A stretch of DNA of 25,207 nt from Clostridia bacterium (GCA_017613815.1 JAGADB010000138.1:1-25207), one strand, 5' to 3'. Positions 15,059-23,717 are shown, counted from the stretch's first letter. Numbers and translations are program-made. Notes: generated by a model from the letters alone, not told the origin.

Positions 15059-15556
15059 ATGAAAATTCTCGTTTTTTCAGACACCCACGGGCGCACAGAA
15101 AAAATGCGTTCCGTTATACTCGCAAACAAATATGACGCCGGGCTTGTGATACATCTCGGCGACTGCTTTACCGACGTCGTCGAAATCAGAAACGACTTTC
15201 CCGAAATTGCCTTTCTCGGCGTTGCCGGCAACTGCGACCGCGTTTTTTCGGAGGATTATCCGTTTTCCAATTCGGTTACGCTCGAAGGTACAACCTTATT
15301 TTTCACGCACGGACATCAATATTCGGTAAGCACTTCCCTTTCCGCGCTTGTTTTTGCGGCAAAATCAAAAAAGGCTTCGGTTGCGCTTTTCGGGCACACG
15401 CACGTGCCGTTTTACGAAGAACAAAGCGGCGTTATGCTTTTCAATCCCGGAAGTCTTGAGCGCCCGAGAGACGGGCTGCCCGGCGCATACGGAATTATCA
15501 CCCTGCGGAAAAACGAAAAGCCTGTCTTTGAAATAAAGCGCGTAAAAGGCGGATAA
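15059..15556 (+). CDS. YfcE/MJ0936-family metallophosphoesterase (phosphodiesterase)
   Basis: SDTHG, HLGD, GNCD, FTHGH, LFGHTH, FNPGS. Confidence 0.92.
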   Translation: MKILVFSDTHGRTEKMRSVILANKYDAGLVIHLGDCFTDVVEIRNDFPEIAFLGVAGNCDRVFSEDYPFSNSVTLEGTTLFFTHGHQYSVSTSLSALVFAAKSKKASVALFGHTHVPFYEEQSGVMLFNPGSLERPRDGLPGAYGIITLRKNEKPVFEIKRVKGG

Positions 15557-15568
15557 AAGGAGTAAAAT

Positions 15569-16096
15569 ATGACCTACAAGCCCACGTCAAAAGACAAGAC
15601 CGCGGTTTTTCTTTCGCTCATACTTGCCTTTGCATGCATATTTTTATTATATTTTTCATCGGTTTTTGCGGTATATCCTATGATTTTTCAGATTATCGCC
15701 CTGTTTTTCGCTGTATTTGCATTACAGATTTACCTCAAATATATTTACTCAAATTACGTTTACGAGGCGTGCGAAAACGACCTGAAAATATACAGAATAT
15801 CCGACAAAAAAAGTATATGCGTATGCTCGCTTTCTTATGAGGAATCGACTTCGAAGGTCTTTTCTTCGGAATACTATGAAACTCACAAAAGTGAGCTTCC
15901 GAAAGTGAGAATTTCCACGAATTTCTGCAAAAACATCTTCCCGAAAGACTATTATTTATACTATTTCAATTTCAATTCAAAGCAGGCGTCTTTGAAATTC
16001 GAGCCCGACGAAATTTTCGTAAAATTTCTTAACGAAAAAATCGAAAACGCGCTATTGAGAAAAGAACGCTTTGAAAACAGCGATTACGGTTTATAG
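15569..16096 (+). CDS. Hypothetical 2-TM membrane protein with a C-terminal soluble (PH-like) domain, DUF6106-like
   Basis: SD AAGGAG. Two N-terminal TM helices, then YVYEACENDLKIYR and C-terminal LKFEPDE. Family resemblance is from memory only. Confidence 0.65.
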   Translation: MTYKPTSKDKTAVFLSLILAFACIFLLYFSSVFAVYPMIFQIIALFFAVFALQIYLKYIYSNYVYEACENDLKIYRISDKKSICVCSLSYEESTSKVFSSEYYETHKSELPKVRISTNFCKNIFPKDYYLYYFNFNSKQASLKFEPDEIFVKFLNEKIENALLRKERFENSDYGL

Positions 16097-16108
16097 AAAG
16101 GCTTTTTT

Positions 16109-17305
16109 ATGGAACAGACAAATAAGGTAATTCTCTTAAAGCTCGGAGAGGTTGTGCTCAAAGGGTTAAATCGCAAAAACTTTGAAAAAATGATTATCGA
16201 CGACGTGAAAAGGCGTCTTAAAAAGTGCGGAAATTACAGCGTCGTATCGGTTCAGTCGACGATGTACGTAAGTCCGCTTGACAGCGATTCAATAGACTCC
16301 ATAGACGACGCCGCGAAGGAATGCGCAAAGGTCTTCGGCGTTGCTTCCTTATGCGTTGCCGCCGAAATCGAAAAGGACCTCGACAAAATCCTTGCATTTG
16401 TCGGAGGCTACGTAAGAAGCGTAAGGAAAAGCGAAAAGACCTTCAAGGTTGTGGGAAAGCGTTCCGACAAGGCGTTTCCCCTCACTTCCCCCGAGCTCTC
16501 CGCGCTTTGCGGAGCAAGAATCTTAAGCGCAAACCACGATTTGAAGGTTGACGTAAACAATCCCGACATGACGGTTTACGTCGAAGTGAGAGATTTCGCG
16601 GTTTACATACACGCGTCTAAGATACACGGCGCCGGCGGCATGCCCGCCGGAAGCGCGGGCAAAGCAGTTTTACTGCTTTCGGGCGGTATAGACAGCCCTG
16701 CCGCCGGCTACGTCTGCGCAAAGCGCGGCGTGATGATAGAGGCCCTTCATTTCGACAGTTTTCCCTACACGAGCGAGCGCGCGAGAATGAAGGTTATTGA
16801 ACTTGCCGAAAAAATGTGCGATTACTGCGGCAGCATTTCTCTTAACGTCATTTCGCTGACCGAAATTCAGGAAAGCATCAAAAAGGTCTGCAAGGAAGAC
16901 TATTTTACGGTAATACTGCGCAGATTTATGATGCGCCTTGCCGAGATGGCGGCAAAAAACAGCGGCGCAAAGGCGATTATCACCGGCGAAAGCCTCGGTC
17001 AGGTCGCAAGCCAGACCATGTCGGCGCTTGCCGTTACCAACAACGCCGTTTCCGACATTCCCGTCTTCCGTCCCTTTATCGCTATGGACAAGGAAGAAAT
17101 CATAAATATTGCACGCAAAATAGGAACCTTTGACATTTCCATCCAGCCGTATGAGGACTGCTGCACGGTATTCACGCCCAAGCACCCCGCAACCTCGCCA
17201 ATACTCGAAAAAGTTTTGGCGGAAGAGCAGAAGCTCGACGTAGAAGGCCTTACCGAAAGGGCGTTTGCGACGATGGAAAAAATATCCCTTAATCCCGACA
17301 ACTGA
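16109..17305 (+). CDS. thiI: tRNA 4-thiouridine synthase ThiI (THUMP + PP-loop, no rhodanese domain)
   Basis: LKLGEVVLKGLNR, THUMP (FKVVGKRSDKAF, VDVNNPD), GAGGMPAG, LLLSGGIDSPAA, TGESLGQVASQT, RPFIAMDKEEI, PYEDCC. Confidence 0.95.
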   Translation: MEQTNKVILLKLGEVVLKGLNRKNFEKMIIDDVKRRLKKCGNYSVVSVQSTMYVSPLDSDSIDSIDDAAKECAKVFGVASLCVAAEIEKDLDKILAFVGGYVRSVRKSEKTFKVVGKRSDKAFPLTSPELSALCGARILSANHDLKVDVNNPDMTVYVEVRDFAVYIHASKIHGAGGMPAGSAGKAVLLLSGGIDSPAAGYVCAKRGVMIEALHFDSFPYTSERARMKVIELAEKMCDYCGSISLNVISLTEIQESIKKVCKEDYFTVILRRFMMRLAEMAAKNSGAKAIITGESLGQVASQTMSALAVTNNAVSDIPVFRPFIAMDKEEIINIARKIGTFDISIQPYEDCCTVFTPKHPATSPILEKVLAEEQKLDVEGLTERAFATMEKISLNPDN

Positions 17306-17312
17306 TTTTTTG

Positions 17313-17330
17313 AGTTCAGACATCTGAACT
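17313..17330. promoter_or_regulatory. Perfect 18-bp palindrome between thiI and cinA (operator or weak terminator)
   Basis: AGTTCAGA-CA-TCTGAACT, followed by GTTTATTTTT. Confidence 0.4.
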
Positions 17331-17359
17331 GTTTATTTTTATTTGAAAGGAAAACCTTT

Positions 17360-18619
17360 ATGAGCAAAACCGCGGAAATTTTCTGCATAGGCACGGAAGT
17401 GCTTATCGGGGACATCGTAAACACCAACGCCGCGTACATTTCAAGGCGGCTTTCCGAAACCGGTATCAACGTGTATCACCACACCGTTTGCGGAGACAAC
17501 CCCGAAAGAATAAAAAAATGCCTCGACATTGCCTTTGACAGAAGCGACATAGTCGTAACGACGGGCGGGCTCGGTCCCACCTACGACGACATTACTAAGG
17601 AAATAGTCGCGTCAAAGTTAGGGCTTGAGCTGTACGAGGACAAGGACGTCCTTGCGCGTATCACCTCCTTTTTCGACAAGCGCGGACTTAAAATGACGGA
17701 AAACAACAGAAAGCAGGCGCTTATACCGAAAGGCGCGGTGATATTTGAAAATATTCACGGCACGGCTGACGGACTTGCCGTGCAGTCTGGCGGAAAAACC
17801 GTAATAATGCTGCCGGGTCCGCCGCGCGAAACGGAACCGATGCTCGAAAACTCGGTCATCCCCTACCTTAAAGGTTTTTCCGACCATATTCTCGTCTCGT
17901 CAAACGTACATATTTTCGGAATCGGGGAATCGACTGTTGAAAGTATGCTTTCCGACTTAATGAAGTCGTCGGTCAACCCGACGGTCGCACCCTACGTCAA
18001 CGCGGGCGAAGTGCGGCTGCGCGTTACGGCAAGCGGAAAGACCGAAAGCGAAGCGAAGGAACTTATTCTTGATACGGAAAAGAAGATTTCGGATATTCTC
18101 GGAAAATACGTTTACGGAATCGACGTTCCGTCGATAGAATACGTTCTGGTAAACAAACTTCTGACCCAAAACAAGAAAATCGCGTTTGCGGAATCCTGCA
18201 CCGGCGGACTCATATCCAAACGGCTCACCGACGTTTCCGGCGCGAGCGGAGTTTTCTGCTACGGCTTCGTAACGTATTCAAACGAGGCGAAAATCAAAAT
18301 GCTCGGCGTATCGGAGTCAACCCTTAAAGCTTACGGTGCCGTAAGCGTGCAGACCGCATGCGAAATGGCGTCGGGCGCGCTTGAAAAATCCGGCTCGGAT
18401 ATCGCCGTTTCGGTAACCGGCGTTGCGGGCCCTTCGGGCGGAACCGAAGAAAAGCCCGTGGGAACGGTATGCATAGGAATCGCGGTCAAGGGAAAGGAAG
18501 TAAAGGCAAAGAAGCTCTTTCTCGGCGGACACAAGGGAAACCAGCGCGATTTCATACGCACGCTCACCGCGTCGAACGCCTTCAAGACGGCGCTTGACGA
18601 ACTGGACGGGATTTCATAA
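17360..18619 (+). CDS. cinA: Competence/damage-inducible protein CinA (MoCF-like pyrophosphatase domain + C-terminal PncC NMN deamidase)
   Basis: IGTEVLIGDIVNTNA, TTGGLGPTYDDIT, MLPGPPRE, AFAESCTGG, TYSNEAK, YGAVS, TGVAGPSGGTEEKPVGTV. Confidence 0.95.
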   Translation: MSKTAEIFCIGTEVLIGDIVNTNAAYISRRLSETGINVYHHTVCGDNPERIKKCLDIAFDRSDIVVTTGGLGPTYDDITKEIVASKLGLELYEDKDVLARITSFFDKRGLKMTENNRKQALIPKGAVIFENIHGTADGLAVQSGGKTVIMLPGPPRETEPMLENSVIPYLKGFSDHILVSSNVHIFGIGESTVESMLSDLMKSSVNPTVAPYVNAGEVRLRVTASGKTESEAKELILDTEKKISDILGKYVYGIDVPSIEYVLVNKLLTQNKKIAFAESCTGGLISKRLTDVSGASGVFCYGFVTYSNEAKIKMLGVSESTLKAYGAVSVQTACEMASGALEKSGSDIAVSVTGVAGPSGGTEEKPVGTVCIGIAVKGKEVKAKKLFLGGHKGNQRDFIRTLTASNAFKTALDELDGIS

Positions 18620-18643
18620 AATAATACAAGGAAGTATCAAAAA

Positions 18644-19795
18644 GTGAACGAAACCGAAAAATATGTAAGCGAAATATGCGCGCTTGACGTGAAAAAGGCT
18701 GTCTTTTCACTTGCGGCGAAGGATAGTGATTATAAAAAAGCGACGGTTCGCAAAATAAGTGAAAACGCTTTTCAGATTGAGCGCTTCACTTCAAAGCAGG
18801 CGTTTCACGAGAATTTTCCCGCGGAGATGCTTGAAGAAAAGGTAAATTCCCTCTTTCCGAAAGAGTTTTCGCAAGCCGAATTCTTTACAGGCGAATACGT
18901 TTACGGCGCAAAATATACCAAAAAGGGCGCGCTTCTCCACAACAGGAGGAAAAACGGTTCTCCGGCGGCAAAGAACGGCGAACTGACGCACAACCGCGTA
19001 AAAAAGCACATAATCGACGTTGAAAATATGCCTCCCGTATTTAAGGAACTCGGAATAATGACAGGCGACGGCAAGATAATCAACTCGAAATACGACAAAT
19101 TCAAGCAAATCTGCCGCTTTACCGAGCTCATCAACGATGAAGTCGCAAAAGACCCGAAAGAGACCTTCAACATAATAGATTTCGGGTGCGGAAAATCGTA
19201 TCTTTCGTTCGTTATTTATTACTATTTTTCCGAAATTCTCGGCAAAAAGGTAAATATTACGGGGCTCGACCTCAAAAAAGACGTCATAGACAACTGCAGC
19301 GCGCTTGCAGAGAAATACGGCTATAACGGAATGAACTTTGTCTGCTGCGACATAAAGGATTACACGGCAAAAGAAAAGCCCGATATGGTTATAGCGCTTC
19401 ACGCCTGCGACACGGCGACGGATATTGCCATAGCCCGCGCGATAGACTGGGGCGCGGAATATATTTTCGCCGCTCCCTGCTGTCAGAAAGAGGCGCGGAA
19501 GATGATAAAGCCGAAGAATTTCGGCATCATCACCGATTACGGCATAATAAACGAGCGTTTCTGCGCCATGATAACCGATACGCTAAGGGCAAAGCTCATC
19601 GAATACAGCGGTTATTCCTGCGACATCACGGAATTCATAGACATGGAGCATTCGCCGAAAAATCTATTGCTTCGCGCAAAGAAAAAGATTTCCGCCGACA
19701 GATACAAAAAAGCGAAAATCCTTTCGCAGATACAAGGAATTAAGGACGAATTCGGTATAGACATCACGCTTTCAAAACTGCTTTTGAACAAATAA
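18644..19795 (+). CDS. Class I SAM-dependent methyltransferase (Methyltransf_32-like)
   Basis: DKFKQICRF, IIDFGCGKSYLSF, GLDLK, IALHACDTATD, APCCQ, EFIDMEHSPKNLLL. GTG start with SD AAGGAAG. Confidence 0.88.
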   Translation: MNETEKYVSEICALDVKKAVFSLAAKDSDYKKATVRKISENAFQIERFTSKQAFHENFPAEMLEEKVNSLFPKEFSQAEFFTGEYVYGAKYTKKGALLHNRRKNGSPAAKNGELTHNRVKKHIIDVENMPPVFKELGIMTGDGKIINSKYDKFKQICRFTELINDEVAKDPKETFNIIDFGCGKSYLSFVIYYYFSEILGKKVNITGLDLKKDVIDNCSALAEKYGYNGMNFVCCDIKDYTAKEKPDMVIALHACDTATDIAIARAIDWGAEYIFAAPCCQKEARKMIKPKNFGIITDYGIINERFCAMITDTLRAKLIEYSGYSCDITEFIDMEHSPKNLLLRAKKKISADRYKKAKILSQIQGIKDEFGIDITLSKLLLNK

Positions 19796-19800
19796 AAAGG

Positions 19801-19830
19801 AACGCAAGGTCTTTTGACCTTGCGTTTTTT
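19801..19830 (+). terminator. Intrinsic terminator after the methyltransferase
   Basis: AACGCAAGGTC (19801-19811), TTTT loop, GACCTTGCGTT (19816-19826), then TTTT. Confidence 0.9.
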
Positions 19831-19883
19831 GACAAATTAAATGCCACTCTCCCCTTTTTATGAATATACTGCATTGAGGCGTT

Positions 19884-19961
19884 ATGCAAAAAAAATTTTT
19901 TCGTATAACGCCGCGGATTTCAGTTAAAAATAAAGATGCAGCAAAAAAATACGAAACATAA
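19884..19961 (+). CDS. Putative 25-aa upstream peptide (MQKKFFRITPRISVKNKDAAKKYET) before mazF
   Basis: ATG 19884 preceded by TGAGG at 19875-19879 (short spacing). Stop TAA 19959-19961, 4 nt before the mazF SD. Could be a chance ORF. Confidence 0.25.
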   Translation: MQKKFFRITPRISVKNKDAAKKYET

Positions 19962-19979
19962 AATCGGAGAGTGAACAGA

Positions 19980-20354
19980 ATGAACGTCAGAAGAGGAGAT
20001 ATTTACTATGCGGATCTCAGCCCCGTTATAGGTTCCGAACAAGGCGGCATGCGCCCGGTCCTCGTCGTGCAGAACGACGTCGGCAACAAATACAGCCCGA
20101 CGGTCATAGTTTCCGCGATAACCAGCCGCACCTCAAAGAGCAAGCTGCCTACGCACATCGACGTTTACGCGGACAAATACGGGCTTGCAAAAGATTCCGT
20201 CATCCTTCTGGAACAAATAAGAACTATCGACAAAACACGGCTTAAAGAAAAAATGGGACATCTCGACGACAACGTCATGACGAGAGTCAACGACGCGATT
20301 ACCGTAAGCTTCGGCCTTGAGGGCGAACCTCAGTCAAACGAATTTATAGGTTAA
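19980..20354 (+). CDS. mazF: MazF/PemK-family endoribonuclease (NdoA/EndoA-like), no adjacent antitoxin
   Basis: [69 protein letters not shown] 19980 is 9 nt after GGAGA (GTG 19971 is the alternative). Confidence 0.95.
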   Translation: MNVRRGDIYYADLSPVIGSEQGGMRPVLVVQNDVGNKYSPTVIVSAITSRTSKSKLPTHIDVYADKYGLAKDSVILLEQIRTIDKTRLKEKMGHLDDNVMTRVNDAITVSFGLEGEPQSNEFIG

Positions 20355-20384
20355 AAAAATCCCTTGCAAACGCAAGGGATTTTT
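20355..20384. terminator. Bidirectional intrinsic terminator between mazF and the PQ-loop gene
   Basis: AAAAATCCCTTGC (20355-20367), AAAC loop, GCAAGGGATTTTT (20372-20384). A-run on the left, T-run on the right. Confidence 0.9.
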
Positions 20385-20388
20385 CTTA

Positions 20389-20679
20389 TTATTTCTGCTT
20401 TTCAAGCGCCCTGTTTCTGAAATATACTATTATATTCAGCCCCACGACCGTGAAGTTGAAGAAATAGAATATCAGTACGTACCACTTGGTTGCGAAATTT
20501 GCCATGTACGACTCGTTTAAGAATTTCGACGTTATTCCGACGCCGTAGCCGAAAAATATAAGCAGGTAAAACGCAAGGCTTACGCCTTTTGTGCTTTTCG
20601 ATTTTATGAGCTTCCGAAGGTTTAGCGGCCAGGATACTCCAAAACTCACTATCATCAATATTTCAAGTAATTCAGCCAT
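20389..20679 (-). CDS. Half-size (3-TM) PQ-loop / SemiSWEET-like membrane protein
   Basis: 96 aa with three hydrophobic helices. SWP..K..KSKSTKGVSL..Y.L matches the PQ-loop pattern (WP in place of PQ). Starts 1 nt after the nucleotidase stop, with SD AGGGAG inside that gene. Confidence 0.75.
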   Translation of the reverse strand: MAELLEILMIVSFGVSWPLNLRKLIKSKSTKGVSLAFYLLIFFGYGVGITSKFLNESYMANFATKWYVLIFYFFNFTVVGLNIIVYFRNRALEKQK

Positions 20680-20680
20680 T

Positions 20681-22348
20681 TTATTTCTCCCTTATGAACG
20701 TTATCCTGTTTTCCATATCCTTGTATGCCGAAAGGTCGCCGTGGAGAACGTTCGTTATGTAGTCTATAAGCACTTCGTAGTCGGGCTGCGAGTTGTCAAG
20801 TATAATATTGTGGTCTGCAAGCATAAACTGCATTCCGCAGCCGCCGTTGATAATCATATAGTTGTGCGAAGCGAGCGTATAAGTCTTTTCGGGGTCAATC
20901 GGAACGTATTCCCCGCCTTCGAGGACGTAAACGTCGGAAACTCTTCTCTCGCCGTCAATAGATAACAGCATCTCGTTTTCGTCCATTACGACGCTTGAAG
21001 GAATTGTCGTGTCAACCGTGAATTTGATGCCCGACATGTTCGGGAACGAGCCGCTCTCGCCGACTGCCCAGCCGGTCGAGAAATCCACCGTCTCGGGAAC
21101 GCAGTTTGCAACGAAGTATTCCAGCATATCAAGAATTTCCGCGCCGGTAACTTCAACCGCGCAAAGCGTGTTGCCGAACGGGTGAACGGAAATGATGTCG
21201 GCGTAGGTTATGTCGCCTTCGGGGATGTCGGCTCTGATGCCGCCGCCGTTGACGTAAGCAATGTCGGTGCCGGCGATAGCGCGGTAAGCGTCTGCGCAGA
21301 GGTCGCCGACAGCGGTTTCTCTGTTTCTGACGGCGCGTATGCCGTTTGCGTCGTTTATCGAAAGAGCCGTGTCAGACTCTGCGACTTTTTCATTAAGCAG
21401 TTCGCTGTACTTCGCAATTGCTTCGTTTATTTTTCCGAGAACCTCTTCATCCTGCTTGTTTATGTCGGAAATCATCGAAACGGTCATAATTCCGTCGGGT
21501 GAAATGACGAGCTGACCGAGATTTTCAAGTTTGGTGCCGGTCTGCGCGCAGATTACGTCGGCGCCGTCCTTGTTTTCGACGAAATACGCCGTATAAACGA
21601 GGTGCGAGTGCGCGTCGAGAACGGCGTCGATGCCGGACGTGTTGGCAATTACGCTTGCCGAGTCGTAGGGCGCGTATTCTTCAAGGTTTCCGAGGTGCGC
21701 AAGCGCTATGACGTAGTCAACGCCTTGGGCTCTTACCTCGTCAACGAGCTTCTGAACCGTGTCGAACAGCGTTTTTCCGTCGTTTTCCTTTGAGAAGCTG
21801 TAAACGTATTTGCCGTCTTCCTGGAAGAACGTCGGAGTCGAGTGGTCTATCGTCAGAGGACAGCCGATGCCGATAAAGGCGATTTTGGTTTTGCCGTATT
21901 CCTTTATCGTATAGGGCTTTATGTCGGCAAGCCAGTCTTCGCCGCTTCCGCTGTACGTAATGTTGCAGGAAAGATATTCGGCGTCCGCCTTTGAGATGAG
22001 CCCTTTTAATACGTCAACGCCGTAGTCGAACTCGTGGTTGCCGATAATCGCAAGGTCGTAGCCGACGGCGTTCATGGCGTCGATAACTACTTCGCCCTTT
22101 GAAACGGAACCGAGATACGAGCCCTGAACCGCGTCGCCGCAGTCAACGAGCGTAACGTAGTCGGTTTTTTCCTTCATAAGATTTTTGTAATAGGCGACGC
22201 CCGCAAGGGTAACGCCGTCTTCGATACCGCAGTGGATATCGTTTGTAAAAAGAATGACGATGTCGTCGCTCTGAGAATCGTTTTTCTCGCAGGCAGCGAG
22301 AGAAAGAATCATCAGCGCGGCGATAATGAAAACAATTACCTTTTTCAA
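20681..22348 (-). CDS. Lipoprotein 5'-nucleotidase (UshA/NadN/CpdB superfamily: metallophosphatase + 5'-nucleotidase C domain)
   Basis: Signal peptide with lipobox LAAC, FTNDIH, DCGD, GNHEFDYG, AHLG, DAHSH, RNRET, NGGGIRA, HPFGN, TLASHNY. TTG start with SD AGAGGTG. Confidence 0.93.
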   Translation of the reverse strand: MKKVIVFIIAALMILSLAACEKNDSQSDDIVILFTNDIHCGIEDGVTLAGVAYYKNLMKEKTDYVTLVDCGDAVQGSYLGSVSKGEVVIDAMNAVGYDLAIIGNHEFDYGVDVLKGLISKADAEYLSCNITYSGSGEDWLADIKPYTIKEYGKTKIAFIGIGCPLTIDHSTPTFFQEDGKYVYSFSKENDGKTLFDTVQKLVDEVRAQGVDYVIALAHLGNLEEYAPYDSASVIANTSGIDAVLDAHSHLVYTAYFVENKDGADVICAQTGTKLENLGQLVISPDGIMTVSMISDINKQDEEVLGKINEAIAKYSELLNEKVAESDTALSINDANGIRAVRNRETAVGDLCADAYRAIAGTDIAYVNGGGIRADIPEGDITYADIISVHPFGNTLCAVEVTGAEILDMLEYFVANCVPETVDFSTGWAVGESGSFPNMSGIKFTVDTTIPSSVVMDENEMLLSIDGERRVSDVYVLEGGEYVPIDPEKTYTLASHNYMIINGGCGMQFMLADHNIILDNSQPDYEVLIDYITNVLHGDLSAYKDMENRITFIREK

Positions 22349-22383
22349 CGAAAAAGCACCTCTTTTTCTAAAAATCGGTTATT

Positions 22384-22412
22384 ATTATACTATAAAAAAG
22401 TGAAAAAAGCAA
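22384..22412 (-). promoter_or_regulatory. sigmaA promoter of the nucleotidase / PQ-loop operon
   Basis: Minus strand TTGCTT (22412-22407), 17 nt, TATAAT (22389-22384). Confidence 0.7.
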
Positions 22413-22453
22413 TAAAAACCGCCTGTTTTTTTGCTTTTTTACAGAAAATTTAT

Positions 22454-22490
22454 AAAAATCCCTCTCATCTTGCGGATGAGAGGGGGTTTT
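22454..22490 (-). terminator. Intrinsic terminator after the surface-protein gene
   Basis: CCCTCTCATC (22460-22469) / GATGAGAGGG (22475-22484). On the minus strand the hairpin is followed by ATTTTT. Confidence 0.85.
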
Positions 22491-22504
22491 CAAATTAAAA
22501 TCGG

Positions 22505-23677
22505 CTATTTTTTATCCGGTTTAAACAGGACGTGTTTGGAAGGCTTGCCGTCGGTATCAATTACCGAATAGTCATAGAGCGTTTCTCCCTGCTCCTCGGA
22601 TATATCCTTTACCGTCCACTCTTTTGTTACGTAGTTTCCGTTTTCATCGCGCACGGGGATTCCGTTTTCGTCGGTTACGTTTACGTCGTAAACCACGAAC
22701 TCGCCGTTCGAAAATTCTCCGCCGGTCATTACAATCGGACTCAGCGTATATATAGCTTTTTCAAGAGTCGTACAATGTATTATGATCGCGTTGTCTCCGA
22801 AGACCTCTACGGTCGCTTCCCTATCTATCATCAGGCAGGACGGGCTGAATTCGCATTCGAGATACAGGCCTTCCGAGGCGTTTCCGCTCTCATTAATTTT
22901 AATACTTCCGGAGCCGGTAAACGTAACGCTTCCTCCGTACATGGCGCCCCAAATCATGATGCTGTCAAGCGAGTTTTCGCCTACAAGTCTGATTTTGAAG
23001 CTATTGCCCATAAGGTTGACGTCCGCATAACTGCCGTGATAATTATTAAGCGTCAGAGTATTTGTCGATTTGTCGTATGACGCGCCGGGCAATGACTCAA
23101 TTTCGGTTCCTCCGTCGGTATAAAATGTTCCCGCATGGAGAAAATGCGAGTCAACCACAACGTACTCCTCGGAGCCCATATCCGACCAGGCGTATTTGCC
23201 TTCAAAATCGGGTTCAAGGTTCGGAAGGTCGGGAAAAGCGTCTTCCTCGCCGTCCGTTTGACTGTCGCTCTCGGAGTTGTCTTCCGACGGCTCTCCGGCT
23301 GAATCTTCCGGCGTTGAAATCAAGGCGTTTTCGGGTGAAACAAACGATATTCCGTCGGATGATACAAGCAGATCGTTTCCGAGCGGGTCGTAATTGAACG
23401 AAGCAAAAAAGACGGACGTGCCGGACACGATAGCCGCGATAGGAATCAGCATCAGTTTTTTTAGGAGCCCGTGTCTTTTAAGAGCGCTTTTCTTTTCCGA
23501 TTCTTTACCGCCCGCGGTATTTCCCTCATATTCGGAAGCAATTTTCCGGACGTCGGGCAGGTTTTGGTCCTCGGGAGCAGTTTCGCAATATTCTTTTGCA
23601 AAACTGAATTCTACGGCTTCGGTTTTATCTTCAAGGTTTTTATCAAAACGATATTCATCGGGTTTCAGTTGCTGCAC
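22505..23677 (-). CDS. Single-pass membrane protein with an acidic linker and a beta-rich extracellular domain
   Basis: GTG start with SD GGAGGTGG. About 70-aa acidic N-terminus, basic patch, TM (LMLIPIAAIVSGTSVFFASF), S/E/D linker, SYDKSTNTLTLNNY typical of clostridial beta-helix surface proteins, and DENG repeats near the C-terminus. Confidence 0.75.
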   Translation of the reverse strand: MQQLKPDEYRFDKNLEDKTEAVEFSFAKEYCETAPEDQNLPDVRKIASEYEGNTAGGKESEKKSALKRHGLLKKLMLIPIAAIVSGTSVFFASFNYDPLGNDLLVSSDGISFVSPENALISTPEDSAGEPSEDNSESDSQTDGEEDAFPDLPNLEPDFEGKYAWSDMGSEEYVVVDSHFLHAGTFYTDGGTEIESLPGASYDKSTNTLTLNNYHGSYADVNLMGNSFKIRLVGENSLDSIMIWGAMYGGSVTFTGSGSIKINESGNASEGLYLECEFSPSCLMIDREATVEVFGDNAIIIHCTTLEKAIYTLSPIVMTGGEFSNGEFVVYDVNVTDENGIPVRDENGNYVTKEWTVKDISEEQGETLYDYSVIDTDGKPSKHVLFKPDKK

Positions 23678-23717
23678 AGATAACCACCTCCTGAAATTTA
23701 TTCAAAAAAGGTCATAA

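Noticed and set aside
16109-17305. thiI without an adjacent cysteine desulfurase (nifZ/iscS)
   Set aside because: The sulfur donor gene can be elsewhere in the genome. One window cannot show it is missing, and such splits are not rare.
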